From a virus (lineage: Duplodnaviria > Heunggongvirae > Uroviricota > Caudoviricetes), in the IMG/VR virus record IMGVR_UViG_3300026533_000003, positions 37,772 through 101,771 of that record: a stretch of DNA of 64,000 nucleotides; one strand, given 5' to 3'. Each line of letters starts with the position of its first letter. The stretch's first letter is position 1. Below are positions 46,069-54,147 of this stretch, piece by piece. Below the pieces are notes generated by a model, which was not told the DNA's origin, did not search any database, and saw only the letters and a program-made list of their open reading frames with translations. The translations under genes and the position numbers were made by a program.

Positions 46069-46101
46069 ATTGTTTCTCCTGTTAGTTTATGTTATTTAAT
46101 G

Positions 46102-46374
46102 TTAGAACTGTGTGATGTCTTTGGTTACTAGTTCTGCCTCTGGGTTTGTGACTACCACTTCAAGGTAGTGACTGTTTAGTATTAAAGGCAACTTTTCTAG
46201 TGCTTGTTCGTAAGTAACATCTGCTACTGAACGGACACCGAACGATTTACGAGCCATTACATCTGACATGTTAAAGAAACCTGCTTGGTCACCTGTTGTT
46301 GTGCTTACCATTTGTGCTACGAATTGGTTTCTGTTCTTTGAAGTTGATGCTGTGTTTTGTTTAGTGAATGCCAT
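46102..46374 (-). CDS. small protein, paralog family 2
   Basis: MAFTKQN...; strong RBS AGGAGG; promoter-like motif ~75 nt upstream. Confidence 0.45.
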   Translation of the reverse strand: MAFTKQNTASTSKNRNQFVAQMVSTTTGDQAGFFNMSDVMARKSFGVRSVADVTYEQALEKLPLILNSHYLEVVVTNPEAELVTKDITQF

Positions 46375-46440
46375 AATTAAACCTCCTACGGTTTGGTGTA
46401 CTCTAGGTACTTGGTTAGCCCGAAGGCGGTAGTTCTCTTT

Positions 46441-46463
46441 TCTAGTGCAAATAGCACCTGGTT
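46441..46463 (-). promoter_or_regulatory. conserved promoter-like motif, copy 1
   Basis: Minus-strand TTAACCAGGTGCTATTTGCACTAGAAAAGAG, 70-90 nt upstream of the start at 46374. Confidence 0.45.
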
Positions 46464-46761
46464 AAGATGCTAGTAATTTACGGACTTGTGTGATTGAGCG
46501 ACACTGTGAGGCTTGGGCAAGCAACTCTTTTAGTACTTCTACCTCTTTCTCTAAGGCATCCACTTTAGTGTTTACCGGAGTAATAGCAGGCTTACGAAGG
46601 TCTTTAATAGGGTCGTTCTCATATCTACGAGTGTTTGGGTTGTAAGTTCTTATCATAATATCCTCCTCAGGATTGTTAGTATTGTTTATATGTTGTTGCT
46701 GAAACTGGATATGGTTTAAGCATAGCAGTAATGATTGTGTTAGATAGTTTATCGTTCTCAC
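46462..46761 (-). CDS. hypothetical protein
   Basis: 99-aa ORF. Confidence 0.25.
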   Translation of the reverse strand: MRTINYLTQSLLLCLNHIQFQQQHINNTNNPEEDIMIRTYNPNTRRYENDPIKDLRKPAITPVNTKVDALEKEVEVLKELLAQASQCRSITQVRKLLAS

Positions 46762-46927
46762 GATTGACTTTCTCCATTGCCTTTAGTAGCTTCTTATAAG
46801 CTATATCTTGAGCACTGATTAAGTTCCGTAGCTCCTCTACATCTTGAATAGTGAACTCTACGGTATGGTTAGTGCAAGTATTGATGATTACATTGAGAGT
46901 TTCTCTCCAACGAGTTGGTTTAGACAT
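46676..46927 (-). CDS. hypothetical protein
   Basis: 83-aa ORF. Confidence 0.25.
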   Translation of the reverse strand: MSKPTRWRETLNVIINTCTNHTVEFTIQDVEELRNLISAQDIAYKKLLKAMEKVNRENDKLSNTIITAMLKPYPVSATTYKQY

Positions 46928-46928
46928 A

Positions 46929-47261
46929 TTATTTTCCTTTTAGGGTATTTAGAACTCTTCTATTTAAACCTCTACGGTAGTTATTTAACTCGTAGGTAGG
47001 TAGTGTGACTGGGAGTGTTTTAACATCCTCTTGTAGCATTGCTATTGCCTGGGCTATACACTTTCTAAACTTCTCTGTTGCTCTTCTTTGGTCTTCTAAC
47101 TCTTCGAAGTTAGGTGGTAGGGCACAAGTATGGATAGGAAATAGCTTAGGCAGTAGTCCCTTTAGTTGGGCTACACGGTATGCTGTAATGTTACCCTCTC
47201 TGAACTCTGCTGGAGAGTTGTAAGAGGATGCTTGATGGATAACTCTGGCTAGCAAGGACAT
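46929..47261 (-). CDS. hypothetical protein
   Basis: 110-aa ORF. Confidence 0.3.
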   Translation of the reverse strand: MSLLARVIHQASSYNSPAEFREGNITAYRVAQLKGLLPKLFPIHTCALPPNFEELEDQRRATEKFRKCIAQAIAMLQEDVKTLPVTLPTYELNNYRRGLNRRVLNTLKGK

Positions 47262-47512
47262 TAAAAGTCCTCGATGTTACCAGCAGTTAGTACTTCAGTT
47301 TCTTCAAGTGTTATGGTTTGAGTCGCTAAGTACTCTAAGAGGTTACCTTTGTTGATTGACGCTACCTGCTCAAAGGTTGGCTTCTCTGTGGCACAAGTAG
47401 CTCTTAGGAATGCCTTAGATAGGTTAATGAACCCGACTGTGTTACCGTTGTTAGACTTAATGCTAATCTTGTAACTATGTGTTGGTGTGTTATCTTTTCT
47501 TGGATTAAACAT
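47261..47512 (-). CDS. small protein, paralog family 2 (divergent member)
   Basis: 'GFINLSKAFLRATCA...LLEYLATQTITLEETEVLTAGNIEDF' matches the family pattern. Confidence 0.35.
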   Translation of the reverse strand: MFNPRKDNTPTHSYKISIKSNNGNTVGFINLSKAFLRATCATEKPTFEQVASINKGNLLEYLATQTITLEETEVLTAGNIEDF

Positions 47513-47660
47513 GGTGGTTCCTTTAGTTTAGTTTGTATTCTTTTCCCGTGAAGGTAGCTGTTGGTTAATTGGTTAGCATGGTGTAGTAGACATTGCCCAC
47601 AGGACTGTCAAGGTTAGTGCCATTGCTGTGATGAAGTTAAACATATCTTGGAATATCATT

Positions 47661-47912
47661 CTATACCTCCTGTAAGGTAAACTTTGAGCATGGTTTAAGC
47701 TCTATAGGTTGGAACGGTAAGGTTCTGTAGCATAGGTATACTTCTCTATGCTTATCTTGACTACGATGCTTACAATGGAGGCATGAAGGTTTCTCTAGTA
47801 CCTTTATTAGTTCTTCTGCTTCCTCTACTGTGGAGGTTCTCGCTAAACGGTATCCATTGGTAGTAACATAGATAGTGGAGTCTCTCTCTTCTATTGTGTA
47901 CATTGTGTACAT
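47661..47912 (-). CDS. hypothetical protein
   Basis: 83-aa ORF. Confidence 0.25.
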   Translation of the reverse strand: MYTMYTIEERDSTIYVTTNGYRLARTSTVEEAEELIKVLEKPSCLHCKHRSQDKHREVYLCYRTLPFQPIELKPCSKFTLQEV

Positions 47913-48013
47913 TGTTAACTCGTTACTGCTAAGGCTATCATGCCTACTAGCAGGAAGGTTGTTACAACTATGAAAGTGTGGTTACTCATTGGTTCTCCTT
48001 TAAGGTAGTTTAT

Positions 48014-48340
48014 TTACTCTTCTCTAGTGGAAGTAGCACCTGGTTGGTTAGTTTTTATGGAGGCTTTCTCAGTACGGGTTAGGAATAGCAAGGCTTCAGT
48101 AGAAGCTTTTGCATAGTCTATAGTGATATTCCCCTCGTCGCCATATGCTAGGTGCCAGTTAGCCTCTATAAATAAGGTGTTCACCTTGTAGCCGACATTG
48201 CTTGTAGCTCTTACAAATCCCTCGGCAGTAGTTGATAATATGTCATTATTTAGGGTTACCTTGTTGGCTAGTAGTACTGTTACTAATTCTAGGATGTTGT
48301 CATCGGTTACGGTGTAGTAGGTCATGGGTTGTATTTGCAT
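48014..48340 (-). CDS. hypothetical protein
   Basis: 108-aa ORF. Confidence 0.3.
   Translation of the reverse strand: MQIQPMTYYTVTDDNILELVTVLLANKVTLNNDILSTTAEGFVRATSNVGYKVNTLFIEANWHLAYGDEGNITIDYAKASTEALLFLTRTEKASIKTNQPGATSTREE
48023..48045 (-). promoter_or_regulatory. conserved promoter-like motif, copy 2
   Basis: Minus-strand AACCAACCAGGTGCTACTTCCACTAGAGAAGAG; it lies inside the 3' end of ORF 48014..48340 and ~110 nt upstream of the start at 47912. Confidence 0.4.
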
Positions 48341-48837
48341 TGTTTCTCCTTGTGAGTGTTATATGGATGGTGTAGTTAAACGGTATAGGTTAACGATTGG
48401 TAATGTTAATAGCATTGAGCTATAGTTGGACGAGGTGGAACGATAGTGGTTGGTTGAGTAAGATTACCTGGGAAAGCCTTTAATGGCTTCTAGGTAGCTT
48501 ATATGGACTCTGATGAGTGGTTATGTGTTAGACGGCATTGGTTGATGGCAATGTTAGTCTAATACTAGTAGTTTTTATGTGGTTGGTATTGGAGATGGCA
48601 CGGGATTCCGTGTGGGTTAGGTGGATTATGGTATGGGATTGTGGTTTGGTTGTGGGTGGTAACGACCGCACATCGGTACCATCTCTAGCCCCTATCTACT
48701 ATAAGGGTTACAATACCTCTGTCCATTTTGTCTCGTGTTTATATATAAGAGAACTTGGACAACCATTTCCCCGCAGACCCGTGAGGTGTGGAAGAACCCC
48801 GAATTTCTCAATCATCACAGTGATGATTAGGATTGTG

Positions 48838-49284
48838 TTAATATAGTGTATTTAAAGTAGACTCTGAACAGTCAAGTCTAACATCAGATGGGATATTATT
48901 ACAGTACTCCACCGATTGTATGAACTTCCATATCTCACACTCTTTGCCCTTTATTGCAAATGTAGGGTTGACGATGTACTCATAGTCTACACCTGTAGGC
49001 ATCAGGAGTCCGTAAGGAGCTAGTCTTGACACACTATTTAGTATTGACCTCTTGTTGTAACCACTATGGGTTGCTACTAGGTCTATTGTGTCTCCTGATA
49101 TAGTAAAGTGATTGCTATTAGTTCTCATTACATACAGTAACGAGTCCATAACCGCTTTATCATCAGTCCTTAGTGTTATGTATACCTCGTATAAGTCTCC
49201 ATTAGTCTTGATTAAGATATTGCCCTTGGCTCCTGTATGAGGCTGCTGCTTAACCCCGTTAGGTCTATTAGTTAGTGCTGGCAT
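48838..49284 (-). CDS. hypothetical protein
   Basis: 148-aa ORF. Confidence 0.3.
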   Translation of the reverse strand: MPALTNRPNGVKQQPHTGAKGNILIKTNGDLYEVYITLRTDDKAVMDSLLYVMRTNSNHFTISGDTIDLVATHSGYNKRSILNSVSRLAPYGLLMPTGVDYEYIVNPTFAIKGKECEIWKFIQSVEYCNNIPSDVRLDCSESTLNTLY

Positions 49285-49331
49285 TATGTCTCCTTGTAAT
49301 TCATATAGTAGTATACCATTGTATACTCTCT

Positions 49332-49354
49332 TCTAGTGCAAATAGCTGTTGGTT
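49332..49354 (-). promoter_or_regulatory. conserved promoter-like motif, copy 3
   Basis: Minus-strand AACCAACAGCTATTTGCACTAGAAGAGAG, ~50 nt upstream of the start at 49284. Confidence 0.4.
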
Positions 49355-49660
49355 TAGCAACCGCTACACCAAATAGATGTGGAGTAGTAGTCGAGGCTTG
49401 GGTGTCCGTCCTTCGTCCTGCCTTCTAGTGTGCTCTTAGTGTGCTCTTGGCTCTGGGCTTGTGTGCTCTTGGTTGGAAAAATAAAGGTAGCCCCGAAGGA
49501 CTACTTAGTGTCTAATACAGCTGATACTTTAGCACCAGCCATCACTAGGGTTGCAATTACATCAGCACTATACTTAGGCTTGACATTTACCTTGCAGACT
49601 CTACCGTGAAGTTTATATTTGATTAACATAGGATGTCCTTATAGTAGTAACCCCGTAGGA

Positions 49661-50053
49661 TTACTTAGTTTGTTCTGAGAACTGTGTGTCTAGTTCAGCC
49701 ATTCTAGCATTGTAAGCTACTTGAGTCTTACGAAGTTCGAAGTCTAGCTCCATACCGTCTTGTAATGCCTCTATCTTAGATTCTTTAGCCCATAACTGCA
49801 TTGAGTCGCTAGCTACTTGTCTACCTACTTGTGAGGCTTCTTCTAGTGTACCAAATACATCACCAGTTATATTAGCTGATGCAACTAGAGCAGTGTCTAA
49901 TACATCTGCAGTTAAGTTAGTAGTTGCTTTGATTCTCTTGAAGAAACCTTTAGGTCTAGTGTTGTTGTTTAGTGTTGTGTTATTTTCATTCATAGTATTG
50001 TTACCTTTGCCATAGTAGGACTTGTAGTAGTGAGTAGGTTGTGGGTTACACAT
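49661..50053 (-). CDS. hypothetical protein (first gene of the leftward early array)
   Basis: 130-aa ORF. Confidence 0.3.
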   Translation of the reverse strand: MCNPQPTHYYKSYYGKGNNTMNENNTTLNNNTRPKGFFKRIKATTNLTADVLDTALVASANITGDVFGTLEEASQVGRQVASDSMQLWAKESKIEALQDGMELDFELRKTQVAYNARMAELDTQFSEQTK

Positions 50054-50083
50054 CTTGTTTTAAAGGCCGTAGCCTATGTACTT

Positions 50084-50110
50084 CTAATCAAGTGCAACTA
50101 GCACCTGGTT
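50084..50110 (-). promoter_or_regulatory. conserved promoter-like motif, copy 4
   Basis: Minus-strand CTAACCAGGTGCTAGTTGCACTTGATTAGAAG, ~40 nt upstream of the start at 50053. Confidence 0.4.
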
Positions 50111-50202
50111 AGGTTATCTATTGTATGGACATAGTGGACGAGTTACCGTTACTGTGCCGTCTGATGCTACTGTGTGCATTAGAACTCCTTGAAGTATTTT
50201 AT

Positions 50203-50230
50203 TCTTATCAAGTGCAAGTGGCACATGGTT
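50203..50230 (-). promoter_or_regulatory. conserved promoter-like motif, copy 5 (degenerate)
   Basis: Minus-strand ACAACCATGTGCCACTTGCACTTGATAAGAAT. Confidence 0.3.
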
Positions 50231-50825
50231 GTACAGTTAGTGTTGATAAGTGTGCTCTTGTATTTATTATAGGATTGAGTTTAGGTACCGTTATATGACT
50301 GCTTATGTGGGGGGGCAGGGTATTGTTAATCATCAATTTAGGAGGTATACTACACCTGCTCCCAAAAATATAAAATATTTCACATACACCCATCATACAT
50401 CTACCACATATCCATCAAGCATCTACAAAGCATCTATCAAACATGCTACGCTTGCCTCACAAAAAATAAAAAATTACTATAAGAAACCCCCTCACCTCCC
50501 CCCCCTCCTATAAGCCCTTAGCTATCACCACTCGATAACCTACGGTTACCTCCTGACCTACAACTCCAGTAATACCACTAACACAATTGGATTACGAGTT
50601 TAGGAGGGAAGCCGTAAGGCTAACCGAGTAAAGGAGTACTCCTAAAGCAACACCTACCTCAGCACCAACTGTACTAATACTAGTGCAATCCCTTACCCAT
50701 ACAGCACTCATGCAAGCCCCTACAAGCAACGATACTGCTAAAAGGTACCAGTAGTTGCCGTAAAGGATTAAGCCTCGTGTAAGCCACGTGAGACTATACT
50801 GCTACCAAATTTAAAGGAGGACTCT

Positions 50826-50963
50826 ATGAGCCACCATAAAACTAAACTACTCTGTCCTAAGTGTAAAGAGTATGTAGAACCAGAAGAGAAGATATTCCAT
50901 ACAATGCTATGCCCTAAGTGTAATACTATACTTGAGGGTGATAAGCAGTGGAAGCAATCATGA
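50826..50963 (+). CDS. small Zn-ribbon protein (45 aa, hand-called)
   Basis: MSHHKTKLLCPKCKEYVEPEEKIFHTMLCPKCNTILEG...; strong RBS AAAGGAGGACTCTATG; first plus-strand gene after the strand switch. Confidence 0.4.
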   Translation: MSHHKTKLLCPKCKEYVEPEEKIFHTMLCPKCNTILEGDKQWKQS

Positions 50964-51229
50964 GGTATATGGACTATGGGACTGAGTTCCCTAAGATGCC
51001 TAAGAGTATTACTAGTAGTAGGTGCAAGTGGTGTAATAGAGACCACCCTGTACTTGAGGTGTGTATGAGTAACCCTTCATATGTACTGCCAATAGATCTC
51101 CCTAGTGACGCCGAAGAGTATAGTCCTCTTATAGTAGTAGACACCACTAAGGATGGGGACTATACTTGCAAGGTATCGTACCAGGTAAGGAATGGTAGTG
51201 TTTTAGTTAGTAATATAGAGTACGTTTAA
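50960..51229 (+). CDS. hypothetical Cys-containing protein (start taken at 'MRYMDYG')
   Basis: The tracked ORF begins at 50948; its ATG overlaps the upstream stop. Confidence 0.3.
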   Translation: MRYMDYGTEFPKMPKSITSSRCKWCNRDHPVLEVCMSNPSYVLPIDLPSDAEEYSPLIVVDTTKDGDYTCKVSYQVRNGSVLVSNIEYV

Positions 51230-51351
51230 CATGGCACTAGTAGAATATATATGGTTTACAAAGACTTACTGGAAGTATGTAGGGGTTGTTGGGTTTATTA
51301 GTGGGTATGTGCCTGCTTTACTAAGGTTTAGAAGATTATTAAAGGATCAGA

Positions 51352-51717
51352 ATGGGATGTAGTGTAAGTGAAGGAGAGTTTACAGAGGCTGTAGCTCTGA
51401 CTAAGGAAGGTAACATGAAAGTTACTAGAAAGCTTATTAAGGATTGGATGCTTGGCCCTAGGGATGCGTCCACTAGTAGAAAAGCTAATAGTAGGTATTG
51501 GAGAGACTTATCGAAGGTTTGGTTTATAACTGAGGAGGAGGCCAGACGTAGGACGTGTGCGAATTGTGAGTACTCACGTAATAATGAAGCGGCAATTGAA
51601 GCTATGGAGCATATACCTAATAATGTACTAGATGCAGACGGCGGTGGGAGAGTATGGTGTGAAAAGTTTGATTTCATATGTCACAACCTTAGGACATGCC
51701 AGGCCTGGGAGTACTAG
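51352..51717 (+). CDS. hypothetical Cys-rich protein
   Basis: 121 aa; 'CANCEY...CEKFDFICHNLRTC'. Confidence 0.3.
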   Translation: MGCSVSEGEFTEAVALTKEGNMKVTRKLIKDWMLGPRDASTSRKANSRYWRDLSKVWFITEEEARRRTCANCEYSRNNEAAIEAMEHIPNNVLDADGGGRVWCEKFDFICHNLRTCQAWEY

Positions 51718-51723
51718 GTAAGG

Positions 51724-52152
51724 ATGGCCTTTCTACAGGTAGGGGCAGGAGCTCCAAAGAAGAAGCAACGACTCTACCTAATGAGTATTACTCTTCCTAG
51801 TGGTATGCATGTTGTTAAGATAGGTAAGGCTAGTGGTAGCTCCTCCAAGGAGAGGATGCTGCAGATTAATGGTAGTATCTTTGATAAGTTTAGAACCACC
51901 GCTATGATCAGTATTAAGAGAGATAGGGAAGTGCCTGAAGATATGGTCTTTAAGTATGAGACAGTTTTACATAGATTCTTCTGTGATTATCAGTATAATA
52001 GTAAGCATAAGTTTGATGGAGTTAGTGAGTGCTTTGCAATACCACTAGAAGATGCTGTGCAGGCTTATGAGGCTGTTATAGAAGGTAGTGAGCCTGACTT
52101 TACTTATGAGCTAGTTACAGTAGAGGATAATGAGTATGAGCTACCGTTTTAA
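51724..52152 (+). CDS. T5orf172/GIY-YIG-like domain protein (putative)
   Basis: 'LYLMSITLPSGMHVVKIGKASG' resembles the 'KIGIT' core of the polymerase-intron HEG. Weak. Confidence 0.25.
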   Translation: MAFLQVGAGAPKKKQRLYLMSITLPSGMHVVKIGKASGSSSKERMLQINGSIFDKFRTTAMISIKRDREVPEDMVFKYETVLHRFFCDYQYNSKHKFDGVSECFAIPLEDAVQAYEAVIEGSEPDFTYELVTVEDNEYELPF

Positions 52153-52163
52153 AAGGAGATTAA

Positions 52164-52631
52164 ATGGCAACAGAGTTTGAGTTTAACAAGCAGTATGGTG
52201 CAGTAGTGCCAGGTAGAAGTGAGCAAGGAAATATAGACCTTGACAATAGGGTTCCTTACTACCCTAATGGTCTTGGTAACGTAGCCTTGCCTCATGGGTT
52301 TGGTGATAGGGGAGTTGTTAAGACAGAGGAAAGCACTACAATACCTACAGATAAGAGTGGTAAGCCCATATTTGAGAGAGTACCTGATGATCACCCTAAC
52401 TGGGTAAATATACCAACAGTACTCCATGGTACACAAAGAGAAGGTAAAGAGTATCAAGATGCAGTTATGAATTATATGTTAACTGGTAAGCATTTAGGAC
52501 AGTTCAGTGAAGGTGTTGGGTTAGCCGTAGATGATGCTAGGAGAACACACATAAGGCAGATGAATGCAGGCAAGCAGGTTGGACTAGGTGAGGTTATACA
52601 GAATGGGCTAGACTTTGCAGTTGGCAACTAG
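52164..52631 (+). CDS. hypothetical protein
   Basis: 155-aa ORF. Confidence 0.3.
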   Translation: MATEFEFNKQYGAVVPGRSEQGNIDLDNRVPYYPNGLGNVALPHGFGDRGVVKTEESTTIPTDKSGKPIFERVPDDHPNWVNIPTVLHGTQREGKEYQDAVMNYMLTGKHLGQFSEGVGLAVDDARRTHIRQMNAGKQVGLGEVIQNGLDFAVGN

Positions 52632-53126
52632 TTTAAGGTTATTACGAACTACTCTAAGGTTAATATAATAGTGACAACTTATGCCAGATACAGTACACTT
52701 AAGGTTTAATTAATAGTACCTCACTATAATTACACCACTCCTAAGCAAGAGACCAAAGGCACAGAGGGTAGACTCTATAACCTACAATGATACCTCCCTA
52801 GGTTGTAACTAAGGGCGAGGGACTAGGCAATCTTAGTCAGGTACTTACAGAGGTCAATCAAGTCACCCGCGTAGCAAAGACTTGATACTAATAGGAGCTA
52901 CCAGGCTCCACTTCATATTGAGGTATAGCACAATGGCAGTGCAACTGGTTTTGGTCCAGTTTACGGGGGGATCGTTACCTCCTACCTCATCCACACATCA
53001 GCATTAACTCCAACATATTTGTATTAACTACCCTAAAACCTACATAACTACAACTATACCTTATTTATTAAACTACACTTAAGCCAACTATAGCTATCAT
53101 GCGTTAAATTTTAAAGGATGTAACTA

Positions 53127-53384
53127 TTGCAAGTAGATAAGACCGGTACCATAGTATGGACCACAGCATTAGATACACTAACTCCTGGAGCGTTCTTCCT
53201 GCTAGCCACTATATGGTTTAGGGACTTAGATATGAATGATTTATCTATGATGAGGGCTACCAAGTTTGGGACCTCTACACATAGGTTGCAGAAGAGAGAG
53301 TTAGTGCAGGAAGGGTACTTAAGTGTATCACAAGTAGGTAAGGGCGAATATCGCTATAAAGTAGGAGAGAATCTCAATGGCTAA
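53127..53384 (+). CDS. hypothetical protein
   Basis: 85-aa ORF upstream of the terminase genes. Confidence 0.25.
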   Translation: MQVDKTGTIVWTTALDTLTPGAFFLLATIWFRDLDMNDLSMMRATKFGTSTHRLQKRELVQEGYLSVSQVGKGEYRYKVGENLNG

Positions 53385-54147
53385 TGCTAAAGAATTTAAT
53401 AAACCAGATCCAAGTAGGACTAGAAGAGTACCAGACTCCTCCCAAAACATAACTAGGGAAAAGCTTAAGAGTGTACTACCTAAGAACTCAGGTGTGCAGA
53501 TAACTGACGAGGTACTAAGGCTTATAAGTACTATGGAGGAAGATATAGACATTGACCAGACTGTGCTAGAGGAAGATATTATGTCCTATATGTTTCTACT
53601 TGGTAACTCTACTAACAGTATTAAAGATTTAGTTAATGCTGTTAAGTTCTGTAACCTAAAGAGGCATTACGATAATAGAACTGCATGGGCTATAGTGTTC
53701 CCGGATAAGTACGAGAAGGCTATCAACGAGAACAAGTATATTGATAGTAGAGTTAGTACCTATAATAACAGTCGGCTAGTTATAGCCATTGATAAAGAGA
53801 TGCTGATACCTGTACATATTCAATACGCAGGACACTTCCATGCAGCCGTTAAGAAACAGTTTGAGCTTATGAATGGTATTAGTTCTGCGGGTAAAGGAAA
53901 GACAACTCCTATGGTTGAGCACCTTGCAGCTAAAGAGCTAGCATTACTAACAGCACAGCCTGTAGAGACTAAGATTGACCTTAAGGTTTCACCTAGTGAT
54001 GCTGCGCTTGGAGCTATGGGTGAGATGAATGAACAGCTTAAGCAGATAGTAGCCAAGCAAAAGAGAGATATTGATGCCGGTATGGATATCATTGATGCAC
54101 AAGTTATTGGTATTGACTTCTCAGATGTTGGCAGGGACAAAGGGTAA
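53377..54147 (+). CDS. putative terminase small subunit
   Basis: 256 aa; position immediately upstream of, and overlapping, the terminase large subunit. Called by position only. Confidence 0.35.
   Translation: MANAKEFNKPDPSRTRRVPDSSQNITREKLKSVLPKNSGVQITDEVLRLISTMEEDIDIDQTVLEEDIMSYMFLLGNSTNSIKDLVNAVKFCNLKRHYDNRTAWAIVFPDKYEKAINENKYIDSRVSTYNNSRLVIAIDKEMLIPVHIQYAGHFHAAVKKQFELMNGISSAGKGKTTPMVEHLAAKELALLTAQPVETKIDLKVSPSDAALGAMGEMNEQLKQIVAKQKRDIDAGMDIIDAQVIGIDFSDVGRDKG

Noticed and set aside
48538-48846. Plus-strand 102-aa ORF in the G+T-rich tract.
   Set aside because: A W/V/G-rich translation of compositionally skewed DNA, on the strand opposite to all neighbouring genes.
46441-50230. Sigma-54 (-24/-12) interpretation of the repeated motif (GG…GC elements in AGGTGCTATTTGCA).
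   Set aside because: GG to GC spacing is 8 nt instead of the required 10, and the TGGCAC identity is poor. The motif fits a phage-specific promoter better.
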